From the NCBI GenBank assembly GCA_031425275.1, contig JANPJA010000057.1, positions 1-64,000 of the forward strand: a DNA stretch of 64,000 nt. The letters run 5' to 3'. Positions 50,767 to 59,111 of this stretch are shown here, piece by piece. Positions within the stretch are counted from its first letter, which is position 1; the number at the start of each line of letters is the position of its first letter. The position numbers were made by a program, and so were the translations under genes. The notes under the pieces were generated by a model. The model was not told where the DNA came from. It did not search any database and was given only the letters and a program-made list of their open reading frames with translations. This DNA is from Acidobacteriota bacterium. Lineage in GTDB: Bacteria > Acidobacteriota > Blastocatellia > Pyrinomonadales > Pyrinomonadaceae.

Positions 50767-52290
50767 ATGGTGCAGCAGATCGGCAGATTCGTCATCACGC
50801 GCGAGGATCGCTCAATTGATCCCGTGACCGTGGTCGCGGAGGGGATGGCCATCGGGCGCGCGCCCGACTGCGAGCTGCACCTTAATCACCCGACCGTCTC
50901 GCGTCTGCACTGCGGGATTCAGCGGCACGGGGCGGAGTTCTACCTCTACCATTTCAGCAAGTCGAACGCGACGACGCTCAACGGCTTGCTCGTCGAAGAC
51001 CGCGCCGCGCTCTCCGAGGGCGATCAGATTCAGCTCGGCCCGTTCGTCGTCACGGTGACTATCCGCGGCCGCGCGCTCCATGCGGAAGTGCGTTACCAGC
51101 CGGCCGTGCGCATCGGCGACGGGGCCGTGGACGGCGAGAACGCGACCGTCGCAATCGCCGACGGCTCCGCGCCGGATGCGTCGGCGGAGCAGTCACAAAT
51201 ATCGATGCGGGAAATCAACCGCGCGGGCTTCGCGCCCGACATCGATCTAACGGAGACGGCGGAAGGCGAGGAGCGGGCGGACGCCTTCGCCCTCTTCTGG
51301 GACAAGCGCAAGCGCGAGGCGGGGAAGATTTCAGCCGCCTCGCCCTTGAGACCGCACGCGCCCCCGCGCCTCGGCAAGATGCGCTACAACTGGAAGCCGA
51401 CGCGCGACCTCGTCCGCCCGTGGCCGCTCGCGCTTTTCACTTGGGCGCTCGTGGTCGTCGGCCTGCTCTCGGCCGCCGCCGCCATCGGTTACACCAATGC
51501 CTTTTCGCCCGCGCCCCTATCCGACGCGCACGCCCGCGCCTCCATGACTTTGACGCCCGCCCTCGCCCGCGAACCGAACGCCAACTCCTGCACGACCTGT
51601 CACACGCTCACCGGGGGAATGGAGCAGGCGTGTGCCTCGTGTCACCAGACACAAGCTTTCTCACCCGCCACGCTCGACGCGCACTCCGCCGCCGGCGTGG
51701 GCTGCGTCACGTGCCACGCCGAACACCGCGGCAATGAGTTTCGCCCCGCCGTCGCCTCGCTCGCGGCTGATTTCCAGCCGGGCGTGAACCGCGAGCAAAC
51801 CTGCGCGGGGTGTCACAACGACGCGAACTCGAAACTCTACAACGGCCGCCGCGTCTCGACCCCGCACGGCGGGACAATCGGCTATCCCGTGTCGGGCGGT
51901 AAGTGGGAGTGGGAGGGTTTGACCGAGGCGGCGTGGGCGGCGAAGCCTGAGGGCCTGCGGAAGCTTCTGACGACGTGGCCCGCCGCGAGCGAGGGGGAGC
52001 GGCGCAGCCAGCAATTCCACGCCCTGCACCTGCACCGGCTCCGCGCCGTCGGCGGGCTGCGCGCCAACGCGGCGGGCGAGCTAACCTGTTCGAGCTGTCA
52101 CACGCGACTCGGCGCGGCCCTCGACCGCGACACGCCGCGCCAGACCTGCGCCGCCTGTCACAACGGTCTGAACGATGTCGAGTCCGGCCGCGCGCTCGTC
52201 TCGGCCGGCGCGCCCAACTGCATCTCGTGTCACGCGCAGCACCCGCGCGTCCGCCGCGACTGGGCCGCCCCGATGCTCGCCGGGAGGTGA
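50767..52290 (+). CDS. FHA-domain / transmembrane / heptaheme cytochrome c fusion protein
   Basis: The N-terminal FHA fold reads GRFVITR...IGRAPDCELHLNHPTVSRLHCGIQ...LNGLLV. One TM helix (LALFTWALVVVGLLSAAAAIGY) follows. Seven CxxCH motifs lie in the C-terminal half (CTTCH, CASCH, CVTCH, CAGCH, CSSCH, CAACH, CISCH). Confidence 0.8.
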   Translation: MVQQIGRFVITREDRSIDPVTVVAEGMAIGRAPDCELHLNHPTVSRLHCGIQRHGAEFYLYHFSKSNATTLNGLLVEDRAALSEGDQIQLGPFVVTVTIRGRALHAEVRYQPAVRIGDGAVDGENATVAIADGSAPDASAEQSQISMREINRAGFAPDIDLTETAEGEERADAFALFWDKRKREAGKISAASPLRPHAPPRLGKMRYNWKPTRDLVRPWPLALFTWALVVVGLLSAAAAIGYTNAFSPAPLSDAHARASMTLTPALAREPNANSCTTCHTLTGGMEQACASCHQTQAFSPATLDAHSAAGVGCVTCHAEHRGNEFRPAVASLAADFQPGVNREQTCAGCHNDANSKLYNGRRVSTPHGGTIGYPVSGGKWEWEGLTEAAWAAKPEGLRKLLTTWPAASEGERRSQQFHALHLHRLRAVGGLRANAAGELTCSSCHTRLGAALDRDTPRQTCAACHNGLNDVESGRALVSAGAPNCISCHAQHPRVRRDWAAPMLAGR

Positions 52291-52295
52291 AGATT

Positions 52296-52457
52296 GTCAG
52301 TGGTCAGTGGTCAGTGGTCAGTTGTTTGTCGTCATTAACCTTGCGCGTTTCTATGCGTGGGTCGAGTTTGCCAAGCACGAACCACTGACCACTGACCACT
52401 GACCACCGACCACTGACCACTGACCACTGACCACTGACCACTGACCACTGACCACCA
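52296..52457. repeat. Asymmetric heptamer tandem repeat hairpin: about 3.5 x CAGTGGT on the left arm, 11 x CACTGAC/CACCGAC on the right arm
   Basis: Read directly. The right arm ends caaccctATG at the start of the next gene. Confidence 0.85.
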
Positions 52458-52462
52458 ACCCT

Positions 52463-54019
52463 ATGAAGAAGTCGCAACTGCTCATCATCATTTCCATGTT
52501 CGGGCTGCTGCTCGCAATTAATTTACTGAGCGGGGAGCACGCGGGCGCGAAGGATTTTTTCGGCGGCTTGCCGTGGTACGGGTGGGCCGGGGTCAGCTTC
52601 TTCCTCGGCGGCTGGGGCGTCGGGTTCATGCTGCGCGACGCCGCGCGCTCGCGCCGCCTGATGGTGGAGCCGCCGCCGCCCGCGCCCGAAGACGCCGACG
52701 CCGGCCGCATCCGGCTCACGCCCGAACAGGTCGAGAAGTATGATCAGGACGGCCCCGACTACCCGCACCCGGTCGTCCTCACGGAGTACTGCATCGGCTG
52801 TCATGCCTGCGTCGAAGCCTGTCCGCATGACGTGCTCGCCGTCATCAACGGCTACGCCACCGTCATCGCGCGCGACATGTGCATGGAGGACACGTCCTGT
52901 CAGGTCGAGTGTCCGGTCAACCCGAAGGCGTGCGTCGTCGTCAACACCTCCAAGCGCATTCCGAAGCGTAAAGTCCCGACGCGCGACGCGAGTTTTATGA
53001 CCAACGTGCCCGGCTGCTTCATCATCGGCGACGTGTCGGGCACGCCCCTGATCAAGAACGCCGCCAACGAGGGCGCGGACGTGATCAAACACATCCTCGA
53101 CGAACTCGCGGCGAGCGGGCCGGAGCCGAAGGCCGAATTAGACGTGGCGATTGTCGGGATGGGGCCGGCCGGACTCTCTGCCGCCGTCGTCGCGCGGCAG
53201 GCCGACCTGCGTTACGTCGGCGTCGAGCAAGACACCGTGCTCGCGACCATCGAGGCTTACCCGGCCAACAAGTACGTCCACTTTAAGCCGACGACGATGA
53301 AGGCGCGCGGCGGCATCGAGGTCGAGGGCGCGGGGATGCAGCGCGAGGCGATTCTCGCGGACTGGAAGCGGGTGATGTTGGAGACCGGCGTTCGGGTCAA
53401 CGAGTTCGAGAGCTGTCGGTCGGTCAAGCGCGCGGAGGACGGCGACTACTTCGTCGTCCAGACCGAGCGCGGCGCGGCCCGCGAGCCGGCGGTCTATCGC
53501 GCCCGTCACGTCGTCCTCGCGCTCGGCAACCGCGGCACGCCGATGAAGCTCGGCGTCCCCGGCGAAGGCTCGCAGATCGTGCGCGACGGCCGCGCCGAAG
53601 AGAAGGTGCAATATCGTTTGAGCGACCCGGAGGCTTACAAGGGCAGGAAGGTCGTCGTCGTCGGCGCGGGCAACTCGGCCATCGAGGCGGCGGTTGACTT
53701 GGTCGCGCGTCGCGAGGGCGACCGGATCGCATTCCGCCCCGAATCGGAGATCAACGAAGTCTCGCTCGTCATCCGCAGCGATCTCAAGAACGATCTGAAG
53801 TTTGGTAATAAGCAGCAGGTTTACCACTGCATCGACGAGGGCAAGATCAAGGTCTATTTCGGCACGGCCGTCAAGGAGGTGCGCGACGCCGAGGTCGTGC
53901 TGATGAACGCGCGGACGAAGGAAGACAAGGGCACGATCCCGAACGACTTCGTCTTCGCCCTGATCGGCGGCGAGCGGCCGACCGAGTTTCTCAAGTCAAT
54001 CGGCATCACCATCGGATAA
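52463..54019 (+). CDS. Membrane-anchored 2x[4Fe-4S] ferredoxin fused to an FAD/NAD(P)-binding oxidoreductase (pyridine nucleotide-disulfide oxidoreductase-like)
   Basis: 518 aa with two N-terminal TM helices. CIGCHACVEACP and CQVECP are the Fe-S motifs. DVAIVGMGPAGLSAAV (FAD GxGxxG) and VVVVGAGNSAIEAAVDL (NAD(P) GxGxxA) are present. It is not NuoI-like in length or architecture. Confidence 0.78.
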   Translation: MKKSQLLIIISMFGLLLAINLLSGEHAGAKDFFGGLPWYGWAGVSFFLGGWGVGFMLRDAARSRRLMVEPPPPAPEDADAGRIRLTPEQVEKYDQDGPDYPHPVVLTEYCIGCHACVEACPHDVLAVINGYATVIARDMCMEDTSCQVECPVNPKACVVVNTSKRIPKRKVPTRDASFMTNVPGCFIIGDVSGTPLIKNAANEGADVIKHILDELAASGPEPKAELDVAIVGMGPAGLSAAVVARQADLRYVGVEQDTVLATIEAYPANKYVHFKPTTMKARGGIEVEGAGMQREAILADWKRVMLETGVRVNEFESCRSVKRAEDGDYFVVQTERGAAREPAVYRARHVVLALGNRGTPMKLGVPGEGSQIVRDGRAEEKVQYRLSDPEAYKGRKVVVVGAGNSAIEAAVDLVARREGDRIAFRPESEINEVSLVIRSDLKNDLKFGNKQQVYHCIDEGKIKVYFGTAVKEVRDAEVVLMNARTKEDKGTIPNDFVFALIGGERPTEFLKSIGITIG

Positions 54020-54036
54020 GCTCCGGCCGGGACATT

Positions 54037-54093
54037 AAAACCGCCGCGGCCGCGCGTGAAGCTCGAAGACTTCACGCGCGGCCGCTGCGGTTT
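54037..54093. terminator. Bidirectional terminator hairpin between convergent genes
   Basis: aaaaccgccgcggccgcgcgtgaag ctcgaagac cttcacgcgcggccgctgcggttt has a 24-bp stem with one mismatch, followed by a U-run on the + strand. Confidence 0.6.
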
Positions 54094-54113
54094 CGTTGAT
54101 CAAAAGGGTGCGC

Positions 54114-54638
54114 CTATTTCTCGTCTAACCCGTTCGTCGGAACCGGCCGTCCCATCGACTGGTAGATGCCGACGATCTCGTCCATCCGCGCGCGGGCCGT
54201 CGCGTTGCCCGGTTCGTAGCGCAAGGCGCGCCGGTAATCGCCGAGCGCGAACTTGTAGAGCTGCGGCTGCCCCGCGTCGCGGTAGGCGTTCCCGCGCTCG
54301 ACGTAGGCGGCTGCGGCGGCCTGTTTCTCGGCCGCGCCCGCGCCCGCCGCCTGCGCCTTGGCCTCCACCAGCTTGATCTTCGCGTCGAGCGCGGCCGTGT
54401 CCATGTCGGGCTTACCGGCCGGCACTGCCGGCCCGTTCGCGGTCGCGGCCGGTGCGCCGCCGCCGTGGGCCGAAGTGACGGGCGGCAACTCCGCGCGGTT
54501 CGCGCCGCCGTTAATCGCGCCGGTTCGCGAACCCGTGGCGTTATCCGCGCGCTGACTGTTTTCCGAAGTGGCGACCGGGCCGCAGCCCGCGAGCGCGGCG
54601 GCGGCGAGGGCGATGATGGCGAAATGTTTTTTCATCAA
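54114..54638 (-). CDS. Lipoprotein with a TPR-like C-terminal region
   Basis: The signal peptide with lipobox LAGCG, an Ala/Gly-rich linker and TPR-like helices (YVERGNAYRDAGQPQLYKFALGDYRRALRYEPGN) are present. Confidence 0.6.
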   Translation of the reverse strand: MMKKHFAIIALAAAALAGCGPVATSENSQRADNATGSRTGAINGGANRAELPPVTSAHGGGAPAATANGPAVPAGKPDMDTAALDAKIKLVEAKAQAAGAGAAEKQAAAAAYVERGNAYRDAGQPQLYKFALGDYRRALRYEPGNATARARMDEIVGIYQSMGRPVPTNGLDEK

Positions 54639-54721
54639 GGTGTCTTAATAATAAATCCGGCCGCCGCAGTACGCAACTAAGGCACTGTTGACGGCCGGAG
54701 AGAGTTATTGGGCGGGAGCGA

Positions 54722-55315
54722 TCAGTCGTTGCCCGATGTGGGTTTGCCCGAATGACAGTCGGCGCACTTGATGGGCGCGAGCGTGTCGGCCTTCGTCTTC
54801 TTCGCCGCCTCGTGGCAGGTGATGCAGTTGCGGTGGTAAGCCTCTTCGTTCGTCAGCACGACTTCGTCGCCGTCCTCGTAAGTCACCTTCGGGTTCTCGG
54901 CCCAGCCCGCCGGCTTCACGTCGACCTGCGCGTGGCACGAGGCGCACGACTTGACCGGCTTCGCGTCGGCCTTCTCCAGCCCGGCCGTGGTCAGCACGTC
55001 TTCACGCTCGGAGGTTTTGAGTATGCCCTTGAGGGCGGACTTGGGCTGATCCGTGTGATGACACTCGGCGCAGCCGATGACGGACTTGAGATCGGCGCTG
55101 TAGTTCTTGAGCGAGTGGGTCTTATGGTTGAAAGGAACCTTCTCCTTGTCAGGACTCTTGGCCGTCTTCGCGCCCTTGTTGAGGACGACGTGCTCGGGCT
55201 GAATTTTGCTGTCGAAAAGAAGGGCGGCGGCGCTCGTCGGCGCGGGGGCGATCCCGGCGAGGGCCAGCGCGGCGTAGGCCGCGGCCGCGCCGATTGCGAT
55301 GCGGATTTTCATCAT
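54722..55315 (-). CDS. Periplasmic tetraheme cytochrome c (cytochrome c3-like)
   Basis: It has a signal peptide and four CxxCH motifs (CAECH, CASCH, CITCH, CADCH) in 197 aa. Confidence 0.85.
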   Translation of the reverse strand: MMKIRIAIGAAAAYAALALAGIAPAPTSAAALLFDSKIQPEHVVLNKGAKTAKSPDKEKVPFNHKTHSLKNYSADLKSVIGCAECHHTDQPKSALKGILKTSEREDVLTTAGLEKADAKPVKSCASCHAQVDVKPAGWAENPKVTYEDGDEVVLTNEEAYHRNCITCHEAAKKTKADTLAPIKCADCHSGKPTSGND

Positions 55316-55495
55316 TCGTGTTCCTTAAACCCTGTCGGCGGCTTGAAAGAGATTAGTGCGGTAAAGTGCGAATCCACGGGGAGTGGCCGCGGCCGTGGCC
55401 GCCGCAGCCGTGGGACTCAGGCGAGGAATGATAGACAGCCCCTCACACCCTTGTCAACATTTTCGCCCGTCAAGTAGTGTCCTACTTTCAGCTTT

Positions 55496-55594
55496 CCTCT
55501 GCGCCCCCTCTGCGGTTCTCTGCGTCTCTGCGGTGAATGATAGTTAATCAGGCGCTCACCGCAGAGACGCAGAGGGCGCGGAGGGGGCGCAGAG
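55496..55594. repeat. Heptamer-repeat hairpin element, CTCTGCG family
   Basis: ctctgcgccccctctgcggttctctgcgtctctgcggtgaat ... tcaccgcagagacgcagagggcgcggagggggcgcagag. A related partial copy lies at 40..118 at the window start. Confidence 0.8.
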
Positions 55595-55623
55595 TACAAA
55601 TCAAATTAGGACACCACCGCCCA

Positions 55624-56592
55624 TCAAGAGCCCATGCGGAAGTTCTGCCGCTTGTGGCAGAGCCGGCAATTGTTGAAATCGGCGTCGCCGAAGACGACCC
55701 GCCCGCCGTTGCCGCGACGGTCGTTGTGACAGGTCATGCAACTCTGCGCGCGACCCGTTTGGAAGTGCTGTGCGACGCGGGGCAATGTCACCTGTCGCGA
55801 CTGCGCGAGGCCGGGCCGGAGCCGGTGGCAGTCGTCGCAGCGCAAACGCTGGCGCGCTCCGTGCGCCGTGTGACTGAAGCTCGCGGCGAAGGCGGCGCGG
55901 TTAACGCTCGTGGGCGAATAGCGCGCGGCCGGAGTGTGACAGACGCCGCACGAACCGATGTCGCGGCCGGCTGACCGGGCCCCCGGCGTGTGGCACGAAT
56001 AGCACTGCGCGTGCGCGCCGAGGCCGGCGGGGATGGTCAGCGCGGCCGGGCGACGCGCGACGGGACGGTGGCACGCGACGCAACCCGCGGCGGGGCGGGC
56101 CGCGCCCGCGTCGTGCTGGGCGTGATCGAAACGCGCGTCGAAGCTGGCGAGGGCGGGGAAATTTTTAACCGGCGGGTCTTGCCCGTCGAGGTTCGTATGG
56201 CAGATGGCGCACATCGGGACGTTCTGCGTGACGAACTGCGGGAGGTGACAATCGGTGCAGGCCTTGTGTCCGGGCAGACGCGGCTGGGTCGAGTTGTCGC
56301 GCCGGTCGTGACAGGCCGCACAGGCGAGCGAGGCGTGGCGCGGGCTGTTGTGCATGAAGCGCGAGAAGTCAGCACCGGCCTGCGCCCGCGAGGCGGCGAA
56401 ACTCACGGCGCGCGATTCAAGGAACTTGGGGCGGGGGTCGGCGGCACGGCCACCAACGAGTGTCGAGGCGAGCGCGAAGACGGCGAAAGCGATTAGCGCG
56501 GCCAGAGACACGCGGGCCCGCGCGTCGCGACCCCGCACGCGGCCGCGTCCGTACATTTTCCCGCCTCTGTTGTGATCGCCTCCGGGCATCAT
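55624..56592 (-). CDS. Multiheme cytochrome c (9 CxxCH)
   Basis: Nine CxxCH motifs were counted in 322 aa, with an N-terminal signal/TM segment. The start is possibly the internal ATG at 56556. Confidence 0.85.
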   Translation of the reverse strand: MMPGGDHNRGGKMYGRGRVRGRDARARVSLAALIAFAVFALASTLVGGRAADPRPKFLESRAVSFAASRAQAGADFSRFMHNSPRHASLACAACHDRRDNSTQPRLPGHKACTDCHLPQFVTQNVPMCAICHTNLDGQDPPVKNFPALASFDARFDHAQHDAGAARPAAGCVACHRPVARRPAALTIPAGLGAHAQCYSCHTPGARSAGRDIGSCGVCHTPAARYSPTSVNRAAFAASFSHTAHGARQRLRCDDCHRLRPGLAQSRQVTLPRVAQHFQTGRAQSCMTCHNDRRGNGGRVVFGDADFNNCRLCHKRQNFRMGS

Positions 56593-56668
56593 TTAGGTTT
56601 TCCGCATCACGCCCCTCGATTCGTCGATCTAAATTCAGGCGGCGCGGGGCTGGCCGGATTGGTCAGGC

Positions 56669-58069
56669 TTACTTAACCACTTCGCGGCAGCGTTCGGGCG
56701 TCGCCGCTTCGATCCCTTTCGTGTTCTTTTTCTCCTTGACCGCGCTGGCGTAAACGGCCGCGTAGTGACCGCACGGTACTTCCGCCGCCGTGCTCACAGG
56801 CGGCGAATGACAGAGGGCGCAATCGAACTTGGCATCCTTGCCGCGCTCGCGCAACTCGCGGAAGACCGAGAGCCGAAGCTGAGCCGTGCCGGAGACCGCC
56901 GTGTGACAAGCCGTCGAAGCGCAGGTCAACAACTGCACGCGGTTCTCTCTCAGGCGAAAGATTTCGAGAGTCGTGGCTTTACGCGCCGAAGCGTGGCACT
57001 GCAAACAAGTGATCGGGACTTCCTTGCCCTCGTCGTTGGTGCGCTTCTTGTGCGGCTCGATTTCGTGAGCGAATTTAGGCGAGACGCGCGGGGGCCACGA
57101 TCTCGATTGCGCCGACAATAAGCGCGAGGCCGACGCCGGAACGATGCGCGGCACGGCCGCGACCGCCGCCGGCCGCGAGTTGGTGTTCGCCCGAGAGTTT
57201 GAGGTTGGCCTTGGTGTGGTCGCGGCAACGGCGGCGGCGGGCAGCGGCTTCAACGCAACGGCCTGATTGCGGTGGCAGCCCGCGCAGTTCGAGGCCAGCG
57301 GCGCTTGCTCGCGCCCGTCAACGTCGTCGCGCCAGTGGCACTGGAAGCACGTGGCGTGGCTCGTCGGCGTCGTCATGAACGTGCCCGGCTCCGGCGCGAA
57401 GTCCGCCGGCCGCGGCGCCGGCTGCTGGCGGAAGTCGCGCGTGTCAACTTTGTGGCAATACTGGCAGGTGGCCGTCGTCGTCGCCTTGTCGCCGAGGATG
57501 CGTTTGAACTGGATCAGCGAGGTGGCTTTGACGTGATTCGAGTGCGGGAACACGTCGGCGAACTCGGCGGGCCGGCCCTCGCGCGGGAACTCGTGGCGGG
57601 CCTCGCCGCGCGGGGCGACGACGGTGTGACAGTTCGAGCAGATGACGGGGCGCGCGCCGCGGAAGAACTGCGGGCGGTGACACTCGACGCACGAAGGGTG
57701 ATCGGGGTAATCGTTGATGTCGGGCCGCTCGAACGACTCGATGCGGTGACAGGCGGCGCAGTCGCGACTCAAGTGCTTGGCCGAAGAGTGCGAGAAGTTC
57801 GAGTAGTCGATGGCGGGACGCCGGGGCGAGCGCCGGCCGCCGGGTTGCGCGCGAATTCTCGCGGGCGTTTGCGCGCCGGAGGCCGCGACGCTAGTGACGG
57901 ACGGAGCGCGCGTCGCGGCGAAAAAACAAGACGCCGTCGCGGCGATCAGCGCGAGGGCGCAGAGTCGCGCGTCAAGGCGCCGCCGCGGCGGCGACCCCTG
58001 GGGTGAACTGTCGGAATTATTGGCGCTTTGAAAAAGACTCACACGGGTGCGCGCGACGTGCCGCCTCAC
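56669..58069 (-). CDS. Multiheme cytochrome c (8 CxxCH plus one CX4CH-like site)
   Basis: CAACH, CVECH, CSNCH, CQYCH, CFQCH, CAGCH, CLQCH and CALCH are present, plus CASTACH. A signal peptide-like N-terminus is present. Confidence 0.85.
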   Translation of the reverse strand: MRRHVARTRVSLFQSANNSDSSPQGSPPRRRLDARLCALALIAATASCFFAATRAPSVTSVAASGAQTPARIRAQPGGRRSPRRPAIDYSNFSHSSAKHLSRDCAACHRIESFERPDINDYPDHPSCVECHRPQFFRGARPVICSNCHTVVAPRGEARHEFPREGRPAEFADVFPHSNHVKATSLIQFKRILGDKATTTATCQYCHKVDTRDFRQQPAPRPADFAPEPGTFMTTPTSHATCFQCHWRDDVDGREQAPLASNCAGCHRNQAVALKPLPAAAVAATTPRPTSNSRANTNSRPAAVAAVPRIVPASASRLLSAQSRSWPPRVSPKFAHEIEPHKKRTNDEGKEVPITCLQCHASARKATTLEIFRLRENRVQLLTCASTACHTAVSGTAQLRLSVFRELRERGKDAKFDCALCHSPPVSTAAEVPCGHYAAVYASAVKEKKNTKGIEAATPERCREVVK

Positions 58070-58290
58070 GGGCGCGGCGGCTCATGCATTCAAGGGCGAA
58101 GAGTTGCTGTCGAGATCGGGCTGATCGATTTCGGTTGTAACACAGAAGGCTGGGGCTGACAACGCGAAACTGTCTGGCGAAACTACGAACTCCGTGGGGC
58201 GCGTCGGGAAGTCTAACTGGCGGGGCCGCGGGCCGAAATTGTCGGGCGTTAAGTCCGGCCGAACAACCGCCACGGCCAGTCGATCACGTT

Positions 58291-59007
58291 TCACCGACCG
58301 CTCTTCCCCGCCCCGGTCGAAGCCGCCGGGGCCGGCGCGGGCGTTTCGATCTCCTGACGAAGCCGCGTGATGGCTTCGTTGGATGGGTTGAGGGCTTCGA
58401 GTTTGGCGAGCGTGGCGCGCGCTTCGTCAATCGCGCCATTTTTCGCGAGGGCGAAGGTGAGCAGTTGGAGCGAAGGCTCGTGGCGCGAGTCGCGCTCAAT
58501 AGCGCGGCGGAGTTCGATGACCGCGCGGTCGTAATCGGGCGGCTGGTTGAGCAGATGGACGCGGGCGAGGTCGGCGCGCACCGACACGTTCTCCGGGTTC
58601 ATCTGGAGCGCGGCCGCGTACCACTTCGCGGCGGTGGTGAAGTTGGCCGCGTCCGAATTGACGTGGCCGAGCGCGACGACCGGCTCGACGTTACTCGGTT
58701 GGATGGTGTTGGCGCGGAGCAGAAACTCGATGGCGTCGTCGAACCGCTCGGCCTCGTAGAGGGCGCGGGCCGCAACCATTTGCGCGTCGAAATTTTGCGG
58801 ACTCTCGCGCGCGCGCTTCAAGGACTCTTCGGCCTCTGTGCGCAGCCGCTCCTGATCCGCGACGGCGTTCGAGGGCAACTGCCGGCTTTGCTCGGGCGTG
58901 CGCGCGCCCGTCGCCGCGCGCTGGTTCGCCCAGCTCGCGAAGGCGAACCCGAAGAACAACCCGAAGCCGATGCCGACGAGCGAGAAAAGGACGGAATCCC
59001 GGTTCAT
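58291..59007 (-). CDS. TPR-repeat membrane-anchored protein (CcmH/CycH-like accessory candidate)
   Basis: An N-terminal TM helix (LFSLVGIGFGLFFGFAFASW) and TPR repeats are present. It is paralogous to the protein at 62536..63300 (shared QPPDY.RAV.E.R.A...R.HE.SLQ motif). Confidence 0.7.
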   Translation of the reverse strand: MNRDSVLFSLVGIGFGLFFGFAFASWANQRAATGARTPEQSRQLPSNAVADQERLRTEAEESLKRARESPQNFDAQMVAARALYEAERFDDAIEFLLRANTIQPSNVEPVVALGHVNSDAANFTTAAKWYAAALQMNPENVSVRADLARVHLLNQPPDYDRAVIELRRAIERDSRHEPSLQLLTFALAKNGAIDEARATLAKLEALNPSNEAITRLRQEIETPAPAPAASTGAGKSGR

Positions 59008-59032
59008 AGTGATCAGTGACGCGACGAGCGGT

Positions 59033-59110
59033 GGTTAACCGTGACGGGTGACAGGTGACAGGTAATACCTCGTCTCATCCTGTCACCCGTCACGGTTTAC
59101 CCGTGACGGC
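59033..59110. repeat. Heptamer-repeat hairpin element, GTCACCC/GTCACGG family
   Basis: ggttaaccgtgacgggtgacaggtgacagg ... cctgtcacccgtcacggtttacccgtgacgg read directly. Confidence 0.8.
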
Positions 59111-59111
59111 T

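Noticed and set aside
52296-52457. CRISPR array
   Set aside because: The repeats are 7-nt units in perfect tandem with no unique spacers and form two inverted arms. This is not a CRISPR repeat-spacer architecture, and no cas genes are nearby.
52463-54019. Candidate for the missing nuoI
   Set aside because: It has a 2x[4Fe-4S] ferredoxin domain, but it is 518 aa with N-terminal TM helices and an FAD/NAD(P) oxidoreductase domain. This architecture is unlike the roughly 170-aa TYKY subunit, and the gene is 14 kb away in a different operon.
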